A DNA stretch of 64,000 nt from Planctomycetota bacterium (GTDB taxonomy: Bacteria; Planctomycetota; SZUA-567; H5-PLA8). Positions 20,115 to 29,127 of this stretch are shown piece by piece. The stretch spans positions 32,001-96,000 of the forward strand of contig BTVV01000006.1 in the NCBI GenBank assembly GCA_045863855.1, read 5' to 3'. Made by a program: the position numbers and the translations under genes. Numbering within the stretch: the stretch's first letter is position 1; the number at the start of each line of letters is the position of its first letter. A model generated the notes under the pieces. It was not told the origin of the DNA, made no database searches, and saw only the letters and a list, made by a program, of their open reading frames with translations.

Positions 20115-22313
20115 TTAGTCTCCCCAGAAGTCACGCAACGCTACTTCCAACAGCAGGCAGGCCAGCGCGGCCACCAGCAAGTAGCGCCAATCGGGTGCTT
20201 GAGCTTTCAGTTCCTCGTCGGCCTGGAGGGCCAGCTTCGGGCCCTCATCCGGATCTTCTTCCTTAAGGTTGGACGCATAAAGGGCTTGTATGGCGGCTAA
20301 ATCCTCGGCTTTCAGTTCACTTTCCGCCGGGTCCAGATTGACCGCCCACTGCGCTTGTTCAGCCAATTGCCCGGGCTGATAGGTGGCCGTGTAAAGACCT
20401 ACCGTGTCTGTAGTTAGATGGTCGGATCCGGTCAAATCCAGGGTGTCGTTGTGCGGCGCGGGACGGGCCAGGCGAACGGTCGTCTGCGGTTGGAGGGCCA
20501 AGCCCGCCAAAGTCAGGTCTTCGCCCACCGTCAGTTGCCGCTGCGCCCCTTGCTCGATTCCAGACAGATGCTTTACGATCTGGTGCATCAGCGGGACGAA
20601 AACGGTCCGCTTGGGCAGGTCGGTATCCTTCTCCGGACGCGGCAGGAAGCTGAACATCAGCACGCGCCCCAAGCCGAAGGGGCGTTCGACGGTCATGGGA
20701 CTCCCGTCGCTGAACGTCGCCAGCACCTGCCCCGGTGGGCGCTCGCCGGCCGACAAGTCCTTCGGGTCGGGCTTGAAGTGACGCAGGAACTTGGGCCGCC
20801 GCAGTTCCTGCTCGATTTCGCCCTTAAACGGTGCAAAGAGCGGGTGGTCCACCGCGAACGTATCCAGCGAACTGAAGCGCGCTTCTACCAGATTGCCTTC
20901 GAAGCGTTCTCCCGGCCGCGCGGGCAGCAGCCCCTTACCTTCTTTCCAAAACGGTCCGTTGTAGAAGCCCGTGGCCAGCGTGCCGTCGCTGCGGCCCAGG
21001 AAGAGCACCAGATTCAGCCCGGCTTGAACCGCTTGCTCCAAGGTGGCCAGCGTTGCGGCCGGCAATTCGGTGACGCCGACCAGGAAGAGCACGTCGGCGC
21101 CTTTCAGCACGGCCGGAGTCAGATCCCGCGCGGCGACGGTATCGACGCGTACGGCTCCGGGGGGAACCTCCTTGGGCGCTTCGCCTCCGCGCGGGCGCGG
21201 ATCCAGCGCCATGCGCACGTAGTACGACTCGTCGAGCCACGCGCCGGATTCGCGCAACCGGTCTTCGGCGATCACCGCCCGGATACTGTCGCGCAGATGC
21301 AGTGCGAAGAAACGCCGGTCGTCGTCGGGCAGCACGTCGCGCCCGTCGATCTCCACCCGCCCGTGCACCGGGCCTGCTTTGGGGAATAGCGCGGTGAGTT
21401 CGATGTCGCGCGCATCCCGCGGACCCAGCCCCACAGTCCGCTGCGCGAGAATCTTGTCGCCGCTCAACAGCCGCACTGCCAACGCCGAGGCTTCTCCGTC
21501 GCCGTGGTTGCTGAGGCGCACGGCGAACCGGACCGGCCGGCCCTCCAACCATACGTCGCTCTTGGCCCGTACTTCGTCGAGGCTCAAGTTGTTCAGTTTG
21601 CCTGGGACTTTGCCGTCCGCGTGCGGCGGCCGGATCTCGATCTGGACCGGACGCGGCATGGTGACCGCGCGCTGGCCGGTTTCGGCCAGCGCCGTACGGT
21701 CCATCTGATTGAGCTGCAAGTCGCTGATCAGAAGCACCCGCCGCCGCGGCGCGGCGCTGTCGGCGAGCAAATCGAGCGCCGTCTGCAGCGCTTGAGCCGG
21801 ATCGCCGCGCACGAAACCGGGACGCGTGCGTTTGGCCAGCGCTTCCTTGGTGGCCTCGAAATTTCGCGCCAGTTCCACCTCCGGCCGTCCCGGATCGCCC
21901 GTCAGTACAAGCCCCAAGCGTTCCAGGTTCTTCGCGGATGCCGCGACCAGCGCCTGATCGACCGCCATCTGCCAGCGCGTGGTCGAACCGTCCTGCGCGG
22001 CCATGCTGGGCGAGTCGTCCAGCACCAGCACCAAGTCCTCGCGCAATTCGCCTGAAGGACCGGCCAGCACGGCGCCCGCCCGGTACGGCCTCGCAAAGGC
22101 CAGTGCGATCAGGATGCAGGCCGCGCAGCGCAACAGCAGCAGCAGCAAATCGCGCAGCCGCAAGCGGCGCGTCTCGCGCAGGACCGATTCGCGCAAGAAG
22201 CGCAGCGACGAGAAGACCAGCGTGCGCTTGCGAAGCTTGAAGATGAGGTGAATCACCACCGGGAGGGCGAAGGTGGCGGTGCCGGCTAGGAAGAGCGCGT
22301 TCAAGAAGCCCAT
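20115..22313 (-). CDS. BatA/vWA-domain membrane protein
   Basis: BatA N-terminus FLNALFL..LPVVIHL..FSSLRFL..LALAFARP; MIDAS LVLDDSPSM; C-terminal AVNLDPAESEL and TM helix. Confidence 0.85.
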   Translation of the reverse strand: MGFLNALFLAGTATFALPVVIHLIFKLRKRTLVFSSLRFLRESVLRETRRLRLRDLLLLLLRCAACILIALAFARPYRAGAVLAGPSGELREDLVLVLDDSPSMAAQDGSTTRWQMAVDQALVAASAKNLERLGLVLTGDPGRPEVELARNFEATKEALAKRTRPGFVRGDPAQALQTALDLLADSAAPRRRVLLISDLQLNQMDRTALAETGQRAVTMPRPVQIEIRPPHADGKVPGKLNNLSLDEVRAKSDVWLEGRPVRFAVRLSNHGDGEASALAVRLLSGDKILAQRTVGLGPRDARDIELTALFPKAGPVHGRVEIDGRDVLPDDDRRFFALHLRDSIRAVIAEDRLRESGAWLDESYYVRMALDPRPRGGEAPKEVPPGAVRVDTVAARDLTPAVLKGADVLFLVGVTELPAATLATLEQAVQAGLNLVLFLGRSDGTLATGFYNGPFWKEGKGLLPARPGERFEGNLVEARFSSLDTFAVDHPLFAPFKGEIEQELRRPKFLRHFKPDPKDLSAGERPPGQVLATFSDGSPMTVERPFGLGRVLMFSFLPRPEKDTDLPKRTVFVPLMHQIVKHLSGIEQGAQRQLTVGEDLTLAGLALQPQTTVRLARPAPHNDTLDLTGSDHLTTDTVGLYTATYQPGQLAEQAQWAVNLDPAESELKAEDLAAIQALYASNLKEEDPDEGPKLALQADEELKAQAPDWRYLLVAALACLLLEVALRDFWGD

Positions 22314-22416
22314 GCGAGCTTTAGTCTAGCGGAGCCCGCGCGGGGCGAAAGGCCAAGCCAGGGAAGAAGCAGACCTGGGTATACTTCCAGGAACGGGGGA
22401 TGCAGGCTGGCTTACG

Positions 22417-22842
22417 CTACGCGTCGCGGTCTTCGAGCGGCATCGCCTGCGGCTCGATGTTGCCGATATCGCGCCCTTCGGCGGCGGCCTTCTTCTTCTC
22501 GTTCCAGCGCTTGACCCAGTTCTCCCAGCTCCGCCCGGCCGCCGGATCGACGCCTGTGAAGGCGACGCCCGCGATCTGCTTGTAGGGAATGGTCTGCTGA
22601 TCGTCCTGGCCGCGCGGAATGAACTCGATATAGGGCTCCGGGGCGCCCGCTTCCCGATTGAACACAAATCCCACGCGCTCCTCGCCGCCCACGAGGATCA
22701 GCGTCACGTCGCCGCGGTAGTCGAAGGCTTCTTCGAGCACCAGGCGCTTATCGGCCTCGGTCTCGATCTTCGGCGTCCACTTTTCGAGCGTCTTGCGGCT
22801 CTTGATCTCTTCGTGGATCGTGCTGTGCTTTTCCTGCGGCAT
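22417..22842 (-). CDS. Hypothetical protein (AFDYRGDVT motif), possibly Sm-like fold
   Basis: AAGGAG RBS, typical codon usage, directly downstream of hpnH. Confidence 0.7.
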   Translation of the reverse strand: MPQEKHSTIHEEIKSRKTLEKWTPKIETEADKRLVLEEAFDYRGDVTLILVGGEERVGFVFNREAGAPEPYIEFIPRGQDDQQTIPYKQIAGVAFTGVDPAAGRSWENWVKRWNEKKKAAAEGRDIGNIEPQAMPLEDRDA

Positions 22843-22922
22843 GGCGGACTCCTTGGCGCATCAACAACAAGAAGGGGCGCTCAATGGCGCCCCGGCTCTT
22901 GTGCGTATTCTCGATTCACGGC

Positions 22923-24044
22923 TCAGTCCGCGGCGGCGGCGCTGATCGGTTCCGGCTGTTCGAGCTTGCGTGGCTTGTTGGGCCGGTTCGCCGGCACGTG
23001 CATCGGCTTCTCGTACGTCCCGACACTCTTGCCCGATAGCACGAACCATGCCGTGCGCGCAAAGCCGCGCAGGCTGCCGAAGGTGTAATCCACGCTGGTC
23101 GGTTCGTAGCCGCAGTGAACCATGCAGTCCTTGCACTTCTCGTTTCCGCTGCGCCGCCCGTAAGCGTCCCAGTCGGTCGTCTCCATCAGCTCCTTGAAGG
23201 TCTTGGTGTAGCCTTCCTGAAGCAAATAGCAGGGCTTCTGCCAGCCGAACATGTTGTACGTCACGTTGCCCCAAGGCGTGCACTCAAGGTCGATGTAGCC
23301 CATCAGGAAGTCCAGGAAGAGCGGCGACTGGTTGAAGACCCAGGAACGCTTCTTGTTCTGGAACATCTTACGGAACATCTCGTTGCTCTTCTGGCGCTTG
23401 AGGAAATGTTCCTGGTCGGGCGCCTTCTGGTAGCTGTAGCCGGGCGAGACCATCATGCCCTCGACGCCCAGTTCCATCATCTCGTCGAAGAAGCGGCGGT
23501 ACTTCTCGGGTTCGGCGCCGTCGAAGAGCGTCGTGTTCGTCGTCACGCGGAAGCCGCGCTTGATCGCCTCGCGAATCGCTTCCGTGGCCTTCGCGTAGGT
23601 GCCTTCGCGGCAGACCGCGAAGTCGTGCTCGTCGCGCGCGCCGTCCATATGAATGCTGAACGTGAGGTACTTGCTCGGCGTAAAGACGCCCTGCTCGAGC
23701 CGCTCTTTCAGCAGGATCGCGTTGGTGCAGAGGTAGATGTACTTCTTGCGCTCGACCAGCCCCTTCACGATCTCGCCGATCTGCGAATGCATCAACGGCT
23801 CGCCGCCGGGGATGCTGACCATCGGCGTGTCGCACTCGTCGACGGCTTTGAAGCATTGCTCGGGCGAGAGTTCCTTGCGCAGAATGTGGCCGGGATACTG
23901 GATCTTCCCGCAGCCCGCGCAAGCCAGATTGCACCGGAACAACGGCTCCAGCATCAGCACCAACGGGTAGCGCTTGATGCCTTTAAGCTTCTGCTTGATG
24001 ACGTAAGACGCCACCGTAGCCATCTGCGAAACAGGAACGCCCAT
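22923..24044 (-). CDS. hpnH: Adenosyl-hopene transferase, radical SAM
   Basis: YPLVLMLEPLFRCNLACAGCGKI (CxxxCxxC), SIPGGEPL, CTPWGN, CKDCMVHCGYE. Confidence 0.95.
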   Translation of the reverse strand: MGVPVSQMATVASYVIKQKLKGIKRYPLVLMLEPLFRCNLACAGCGKIQYPGHILRKELSPEQCFKAVDECDTPMVSIPGGEPLMHSQIGEIVKGLVERKKYIYLCTNAILLKERLEQGVFTPSKYLTFSIHMDGARDEHDFAVCREGTYAKATEAIREAIKRGFRVTTNTTLFDGAEPEKYRRFFDEMMELGVEGMMVSPGYSYQKAPDQEHFLKRQKSNEMFRKMFQNKKRSWVFNQSPLFLDFLMGYIDLECTPWGNVTYNMFGWQKPCYLLQEGYTKTFKELMETTDWDAYGRRSGNEKCKDCMVHCGYEPTSVDYTFGSLRGFARTAWFVLSGKSVGTYEKPMHVPANRPNKPRKLEQPEPISAAAAD

Positions 24045-24191
24045 GGAGCGAAATCTCCCCGGACCTGCACCAGTGCGGTTTAGTGACCCAAGCTAGGTTT
24101 GTTAAGCTAACCGGACTGAGTCGGAGTTCAACCCTGTACCCCACCATTCCACGTTGTGCATCTAAAGCCTTTGAAAAAGTGAATTTAACCC

Positions 24192-24236
24192 TTGCGCCTG
24201 ATGATACCCAAAGCTATCATTTAACCATATGGTTAA
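24192..24236 (+). promoter_or_regulatory. Sigma70-like promoter and palindromic operator of the ArsR-family gene
   Basis: TTGCGC(24192)-17 nt-TATCAT(24215); perfect palindrome TTAACCATATGGTTAA 24221-24236 containing the ATG. Confidence 0.7.
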
Positions 24237-24651
24237 TAATTCAGAACTCGTTTTGGATGCAACCTTTGCGGCGCTCGCCGATCCCACCCGTCGAGCCATT
24301 TTGACTCGCTTGGCAGAAGGGGAGACGTCCGTCGGCGAACTGGCCGCGCCGTTTGAAATCAGCTTACCGGCGATCAGCAAGCACCTTCGGGTGCTCGAGC
24401 GGGCCGGACTTCTGAAGCAGGAAAAGGACGGCCGGCTGCGGCGTTGCAAGCTGGAAGCTCAGCCCCTGCGGGATGCACAGGTCTGGATCGAGCGCTACCG
24501 GATGTTCTGGGAAGGGCAGTTGGACCAACTGGCCGCTTATCTGGCCAAGCAAGCGGAAGCGCTGCCAACGCAGCAACCTCTAGCGGAGCGAACCCCCGAT
24601 GGAACTGCTCAAGCCGGACCGTCAGACCCTGATTCTGCGCCGAACCATTAA
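24229..24651 (+). CDS. ArsR/SmtB-family transcriptional regulator
   Basis: FAALADPTRRAIL..SVGELA..SLPAISKHLRVLERAGL..GR. Confidence 0.92.
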   Translation: MVNNSELVLDATFAALADPTRRAILTRLAEGETSVGELAAPFEISLPAISKHLRVLERAGLLKQEKDGRLRRCKLEAQPLRDAQVWIERYRMFWEGQLDQLAAYLAKQAEALPTQQPLAERTPDGTAQAGPSDPDSAPNH

Positions 24652-25048
24652 AGCGCCTCGCAAGCAGGTGTACGCGGCGTGGACGCAGCCCGAGCACCTG
24701 CTGCGGTGGTGGGGTGCGGGCCCTGAATACGAACCGGTAATCGCCGAACTGGAGTTGAAGCCTGGAGGCGCGTATCGCTTCGGTATGCGGCATAAAACGA
24801 AAGGCGTTCGGCATATTGCCACGGGCATCTTTAAAGAGATCGTGCCCGACACCAAGCTCGTCTTGACCTGGACCTGGGAGGGCAAGGCTCAGATCGACAC
24901 GCAGGTCACCATCGAATTCCAAGACGCGCCCGGCGGCACGTTGCTGACGCTGACCCACACCGGTTTCCCGGCCGAACCGATGCGCGACGATCACGGCCAA
25001 GGCTGGAGCGGCGCTATGGAGAACCTGGCGCGCGCTTGCGAACGCTGA
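24599..25048 (+). CDS. SRPBCC/AHSA1-domain protein
   Basis: RRTIKAPRKQVYAAWT..LRWW..PGGAYR..KLVLTWTW..HGQGW. Confidence 0.88.
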   Translation: MELLKPDRQTLILRRTIKAPRKQVYAAWTQPEHLLRWWGAGPEYEPVIAELELKPGGAYRFGMRHKTKGVRHIATGIFKEIVPDTKLVLTWTWEGKAQIDTQVTIEFQDAPGGTLLTLTHTGFPAEPMRDDHGQGWSGAMENLARACER

Positions 25049-25079
25049 AACTCGAACGTTACGCGAAAGGACGATACGC

Positions 25080-25583
25080 ATGAGCTTGATCGAACAGTAC
25101 TTTCAGCAAACGGGCATGCTCCGAGGCTTCCAGACCAAGCTTCTGGACGGATTGGACGATGCTCAGGGCTACTGGCAGCCCAGTCCGAACATTCCACCCA
25201 TCGCTTGGCACTTGGGGCACATGATTTACGTCGAGGCTTCGGTCTTCCTGGGCCTCGTGAAGGGCGCGGCCGATCCGGAGATCGGGAGCTACCAGAAGCA
25301 TTACCGGATGGGGACTGTGCTGCCGGAACCGATCGCGGCGCTCCCCAAACTCTCCGAGGTCCGCAAACTGGGAGAAGCGTGGCGTCCGCGGGTGGCAGAG
25401 TTTCTGAAGACCCTGAATCCGCACGAACTCGAACGGCCGCTGAACGTTCCGGCCGGCATCGAGGTGCCCGCGTTTCTGAAAACAACGGGCGATTGCCTCC
25501 GCGCCTTGGCCGTTCACGAAGGACATCACAACGGCGAGATCAGCCTGTTGCGGCGTCTGCAGGGCTTGCAAGGATTCATTTGA
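25080..25583 (+). CDS. DinB/YfiT-family metalloprotein
   Basis: IAWHLGHM..E and HEGHHNGEI His motifs. Confidence 0.85.
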   Translation: MSLIEQYFQQTGMLRGFQTKLLDGLDDAQGYWQPSPNIPPIAWHLGHMIYVEASVFLGLVKGAADPEIGSYQKHYRMGTVLPEPIAALPKLSEVRKLGEAWRPRVAEFLKTLNPHELERPLNVPAGIEVPAFLKTTGDCLRALAVHEGHHNGEISLLRRLQGLQGFI

Positions 25584-25620
25584 AACGCGGCGATTGCAGC
25601 ATGAATTAAGGATTTCAGCC

Positions 25621-26076
25621 ATGGTGAAGCGGGCAGACTCTTCCTTGATCCTGAACCTCTCGCGGGTATTGGATGCTTCGCGCGAACGGGTCTGGTACGC
25701 GTGGACCGATCCGCTCAGGCTCAAGGAATGGTTCGCACCCAGCGCGGGGATGGGTACTTGCCTGGCCGAAGTGGACTTCCGGCCTGGCGGCGCGTGGCGC
25801 ATCGGGATGGGACAGGCGCGGGATCCCATCTTGATTGCGGGCCGCTACCTCGAGATCGTTCCTCCGGAAAAGCTCGTCTTCACCTGGAACTGGCCTCCGG
25901 GCATGTTCGAATCCCTGCGCGAGACTCAGGTTACGATCTTGCTTAAGGATCTGGGCAGCGGAAAGACCGAACTGACCCTGCGCCACGAAGGCTTTAATAC
26001 CGCGCAGGAGCGCGACGACCACGCCTGGGGATGGAACGGCTGCCTGGGGCAATTGGCCGAACGGCTGGCGCGCTGA
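25621..26076 (+). CDS. SRPBCC/AHSA1-domain protein
   Basis: ASRERVWYAWTDP..EWF..DFRPGGAWR..KLVFTWNW..HAWGW; ATG 25621 preferred start. Confidence 0.88.
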   Translation: MVKRADSSLILNLSRVLDASRERVWYAWTDPLRLKEWFAPSAGMGTCLAEVDFRPGGAWRIGMGQARDPILIAGRYLEIVPPEKLVFTWNWPPGMFESLRETQVTILLKDLGSGKTELTLRHEGFNTAQERDDHAWGWNGCLGQLAERLAR

Positions 26077-26394
26077 TTAATTGCTGGTCAGGAAATAGGC
26101 TGCGATTGCGGCGGCCAGCACCGTTACGGCGATGATTGCCGGGCGCAGCCATTCCATGCGCGCCTGTTCCTTAAGTTGCGGTAGCGCCACCGATTTGCGG
26201 GAAGTGGACGTTTCCGGCGACGCGGCAGCTTTGGCGCGCTCTTTATATTTGGTATAGCAGACCTTACAGACCGGCTTTTCGAACGCCGCGCTTTGGTAGG
26301 CTTCGCCTAACAATTCGATGCGGCAACTTGCGCAGCGTGCACCCATTTCGTGCACCGGCCGCAAATCAATCATCGACGAACTATCACCTGCCAT
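26077..26394 (-). CDS. Small putative zinc-finger protein with C-terminal membrane anchor
   Basis: CASC...CKVC; hydrophobic tail PAIIAVTVLAAAIAAYFL; GGGAG upstream of ATG 26394. Confidence 0.55.
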   Translation of the reverse strand: MAGDSSSMIDLRPVHEMGARCASCRIELLGEAYQSAAFEKPVCKVCYTKYKERAKAAASPETSTSRKSVALPQLKEQARMEWLRPAIIAVTVLAAAIAAYFLTSN

Positions 26395-26688
26395 GAAGCA
26401 CGCTCCCGTTGAAACCGCCAAGGCAAAGGCGAGTCTAGCTGAGCAACCATGTGGGGCCAGCCCAATCCCTCGAAAAAAGGTCCAAGAAAACGCTCCTTTC
26501 GACTTGGTCTCTTCTTGTATCGACTTACTCAGACTGCACTTGTGACCGGCGCAGGCGACTCGATGCGGTCCATCGCCGGGTACGACCTGTCCAATCGCGC
26601 TTGCCCCTCGGCGCGGCGCGAGTATGGTCACGCGCTTCCGGCGCAGCCCTTCGGCGCGCTAACCACCAAGTCCTCAAGGAGACGTAAC

Positions 26689-27105
26689 ATGCGCAAGCAT
26701 TGGATGGCCGGCGCGCTGGTGCTGGCTCTGACGTTCGTAACGAGCCACGTTCGGGCGGCAGAAGGCGATGAGAGGCTAAAGCTGCTCGAACCCACCGTTG
26801 ACAAGATGCTCAAGGCCTACAACGACGGCGACCACAAGACCTTCAACGGGGAGTACGCCAAGATGATGGCGGCCGTGGCCACCGAGCAGATGTTCACGAA
26901 CATGTTCATCAACATGTACAAGAAAGAGTACGGGAACTACGTCTCGAAGGAGTTGATCAAGAACGAGACGGTACTGACGGGCGATATGCCGCTGCTGGTC
27001 TTTCAGGCCAAGTTCGAGAAGAACGAGAAGATCAAAGTAAGCGTGAACTTCACCAAGGACGGCGACGCCCTGAAGGTGATGCAGATGCGCTTCGACAAGA
27101 TGTAA
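26689..27105 (+). CDS. Secreted hypothetical protein (DUF3887-like)
   Basis: AAGGAG RBS, signal peptide, strong GC3 bias; YGNYVS..AKFEK..VNF pattern. Confidence 0.65.
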   Translation: MRKHWMAGALVLALTFVTSHVRAAEGDERLKLLEPTVDKMLKAYNDGDHKTFNGEYAKMMAAVATEQMFTNMFINMYKKEYGNYVSKELIKNETVLTGDMPLLVFQAKFEKNEKIKVSVNFTKDGDALKVMQMRFDKM

Positions 27106-28284
27106 TCAAGTACTCTTGCGGGGAGCGCGGCGTCTGGAACGCGCGGGCTCCTTCGCGGGCGGTGCTTCGGCGGCCGGCGCCTCGGCAGGGGTTCCGGCCG
27201 CTTCCTTTTGCGCTCTGCGCCGTGCGCCGCCCCGGCGCCCCCGGCGCCTGCGTGGGCGTTCGGCCGCCGCGGCGCTCGCGGCGGCAGGATCTTCTTCCGA
27301 AATCCGCTGGCGCGCTTCCAGAGCCTGCGCTTCGGCTTCCGACAGGCGCGGGCCTTCGTCGTCCGCGTCGTCGTCGAGTACGGCCTCCGTCTCCGGCTGC
27401 GGCGGCGGATCGATGCGATCGGCAACGGGAGCGGCCCGAGGTGGCGAAGCGGCGGGAGAAGCCGCGGGCGCCGAACGGCCCGAGGTGCGCGCGCCGTTCT
27501 CTAATTCGGGGCCGAAACGCGTGACGATGTAGGTCCGGTTGCTTTCGTCGCGGCGCAGTTCCACCAGCCCGCGCGCCTGCGCGTCTTCCAGTAGCTTACT
27601 GAAGGTCTTGTAGCCGTAATAGCCCTCGTTGAACGCCGGGCGCTTGCGCTGCATGGTCTCCTTCACCATGCTCGACCAGAGCGTGTCCCGATTTTCGCGG
27701 CGCAGCGCCTCGCACGACTCGACCAGCAACTCGAAGAGTTTGCGGCGCTTCTCGTCCAGGCTCTCGGCCACCGGCTTAGGCACCACCGGCGCGATCACCG
27801 GCGCGGTCAGGTCTTCGTAGTAGATAAATTCGTCGCAGTTGTCACGGAGCAGTTCGCTGGTGCTGGCCTGCATGCCCAACCCGATCACATGCTTCCCATT
27901 CTCTTTCAGCTTGCTGACCAGCGGAGAGAAATCGCTGTCGCCGCTGACGATCACGATCGTATCGATGTGCTCTTTGCTGTAGCCCAGGTCCATGGCGTCC
28001 ACGACCAGCCGGATATCCGCGCTGTTTTTGCCCGTGATGTGCCGGCGCGGAATCTCGATCAATTCCACCGCGGCTTCGTGGAGGTCGGTCGTGTAATTCT
28101 GGAAGCGCTTCCAATCGGCGTACGCGCGCTTGACTACGATATTGCCCTTCTCGACCAGCCGGCGCAAAACGCGCGCGATGTCGAAGCGCATGTTCGGGCC
28201 GCGGAAGCCCAGCGCCAGGTTTTCGAAGTCGATGAAGACGGCCAACAGGCGGCGGCGTTCGGTGGGGATTGGCTGCGCATTCAT
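27106..28284 (-). CDS. NYN/LabA-DUF88 (PIN-like) nuclease with OST-HTH/LOTUS domain and disordered tail
   Basis: VFIDFEN, KNSADIRLVVD, VSGDSDF, CDEFIYY; FNEGYYGYKTFSKLLE. Confidence 0.88.
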   Translation of the reverse strand: MNAQPIPTERRRLLAVFIDFENLALGFRGPNMRFDIARVLRRLVEKGNIVVKRAYADWKRFQNYTTDLHEAAVELIEIPRRHITGKNSADIRLVVDAMDLGYSKEHIDTIVIVSGDSDFSPLVSKLKENGKHVIGLGMQASTSELLRDNCDEFIYYEDLTAPVIAPVVPKPVAESLDEKRRKLFELLVESCEALRRENRDTLWSSMVKETMQRKRPAFNEGYYGYKTFSKLLEDAQARGLVELRRDESNRTYIVTRFGPELENGARTSGRSAPAASPAASPPRAAPVADRIDPPPQPETEAVLDDDADDEGPRLSEAEAQALEARQRISEEDPAAASAAAAERPRRRRGRRGGARRRAQKEAAGTPAEAPAAEAPPAKEPARSRRRAPRKST

Positions 28285-28467
28285 GATTGGAAGTCCTCGG
28301 GTACGGCGAACGGGCGTTACGCTACTCGGGTTCGGGTGTTTTCCGCAAGGCGGTCAGAGTGGGAACCGCAAATCGAGGCCCCGGAATCCCGCTATCGAGT
28401 TAATATTGCGCCGCATGGGGCCGGGTGCGAATCTGTTACCGTAATCGCTTCTTCCGGAGGGGTTTCC

Positions 28468-28983
28468 ATGATCCGCATACTGCAAGGCGACCTCACTGCG
28501 CAAGCGCTGGACGCGATCGTCAACGCCGCGAACACCGAATTAAAGCTCGGCTCCGGAGTGGCCGGGGCGATTCGCAAGCACGGCGGGCCTACGATCCAGC
28601 AGGAATGCGATGCGCACGGTCCGGTCGAACTGGGCGGCGCGGCGCTGACGGGGGCCGGCGACCTGCCCGCGAAGCATGTGATCCACGCCGCCGGAATGCA
28701 TCTGGGCGGGTCGGTCACGACTCGATCCCTGACCGATGCCACCCGCAACAGCCTCGACTTGGCCGAACGGCACCAACTCGTCAGTCTGGCCTTTCCCGCC
28801 ATTGGGACCGGCGTGGGCGGCTACGCACTCGCCGATTGCGCCCGCGTCATGCTTACGCTGGCCGACGAACACCTGCGCCGCCCCGGCGTGAGCTTGAAGG
28901 AAGTGCGGTTTGTGCTTTTCGACGCGCCAGCTTGCGAGGCCTTCCGGCAAGCGGCGCGGGACCTGGGCATCGAGACGGCATAG
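28468..28983 (+). CDS. Macro-domain protein (YmdB-like ADP-ribose-binding hydrolase)
   Basis: GGAGG RBS; GDLT..DAIVNAAN..GSGVAGAI..VIHA..AFPAIGTGVGG. Confidence 0.92.
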   Translation: MIRILQGDLTAQALDAIVNAANTELKLGSGVAGAIRKHGGPTIQQECDAHGPVELGGAALTGAGDLPAKHVIHAAGMHLGGSVTTRSLTDATRNSLDLAERHQLVSLAFPAIGTGVGGYALADCARVMLTLADEHLRRPGVSLKEVRFVLFDAPACEAFRQAARDLGIETA

Positions 28984-29127
28984 GAACCTCGAGTCGTTCA
29001 CAGGAATTCAGGCGGCGGCGTCGCGCCTGCTTTCTGACCTCTCGCATTTCGGCGCTCCATTAGAATCCGAAGCCATGAACCACCCGCCGCGACGCTGCGT
29101 TGATTGGGGTACAGGAGCGGGCCGGCG

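Noticed and set aside
26338..26354. NtrC-box-like TGCAC-N7-GTGCA
   Set aside because: It lies within a probable CDS and I found no convincing sigma54 GG-N10-GC promoter nearby
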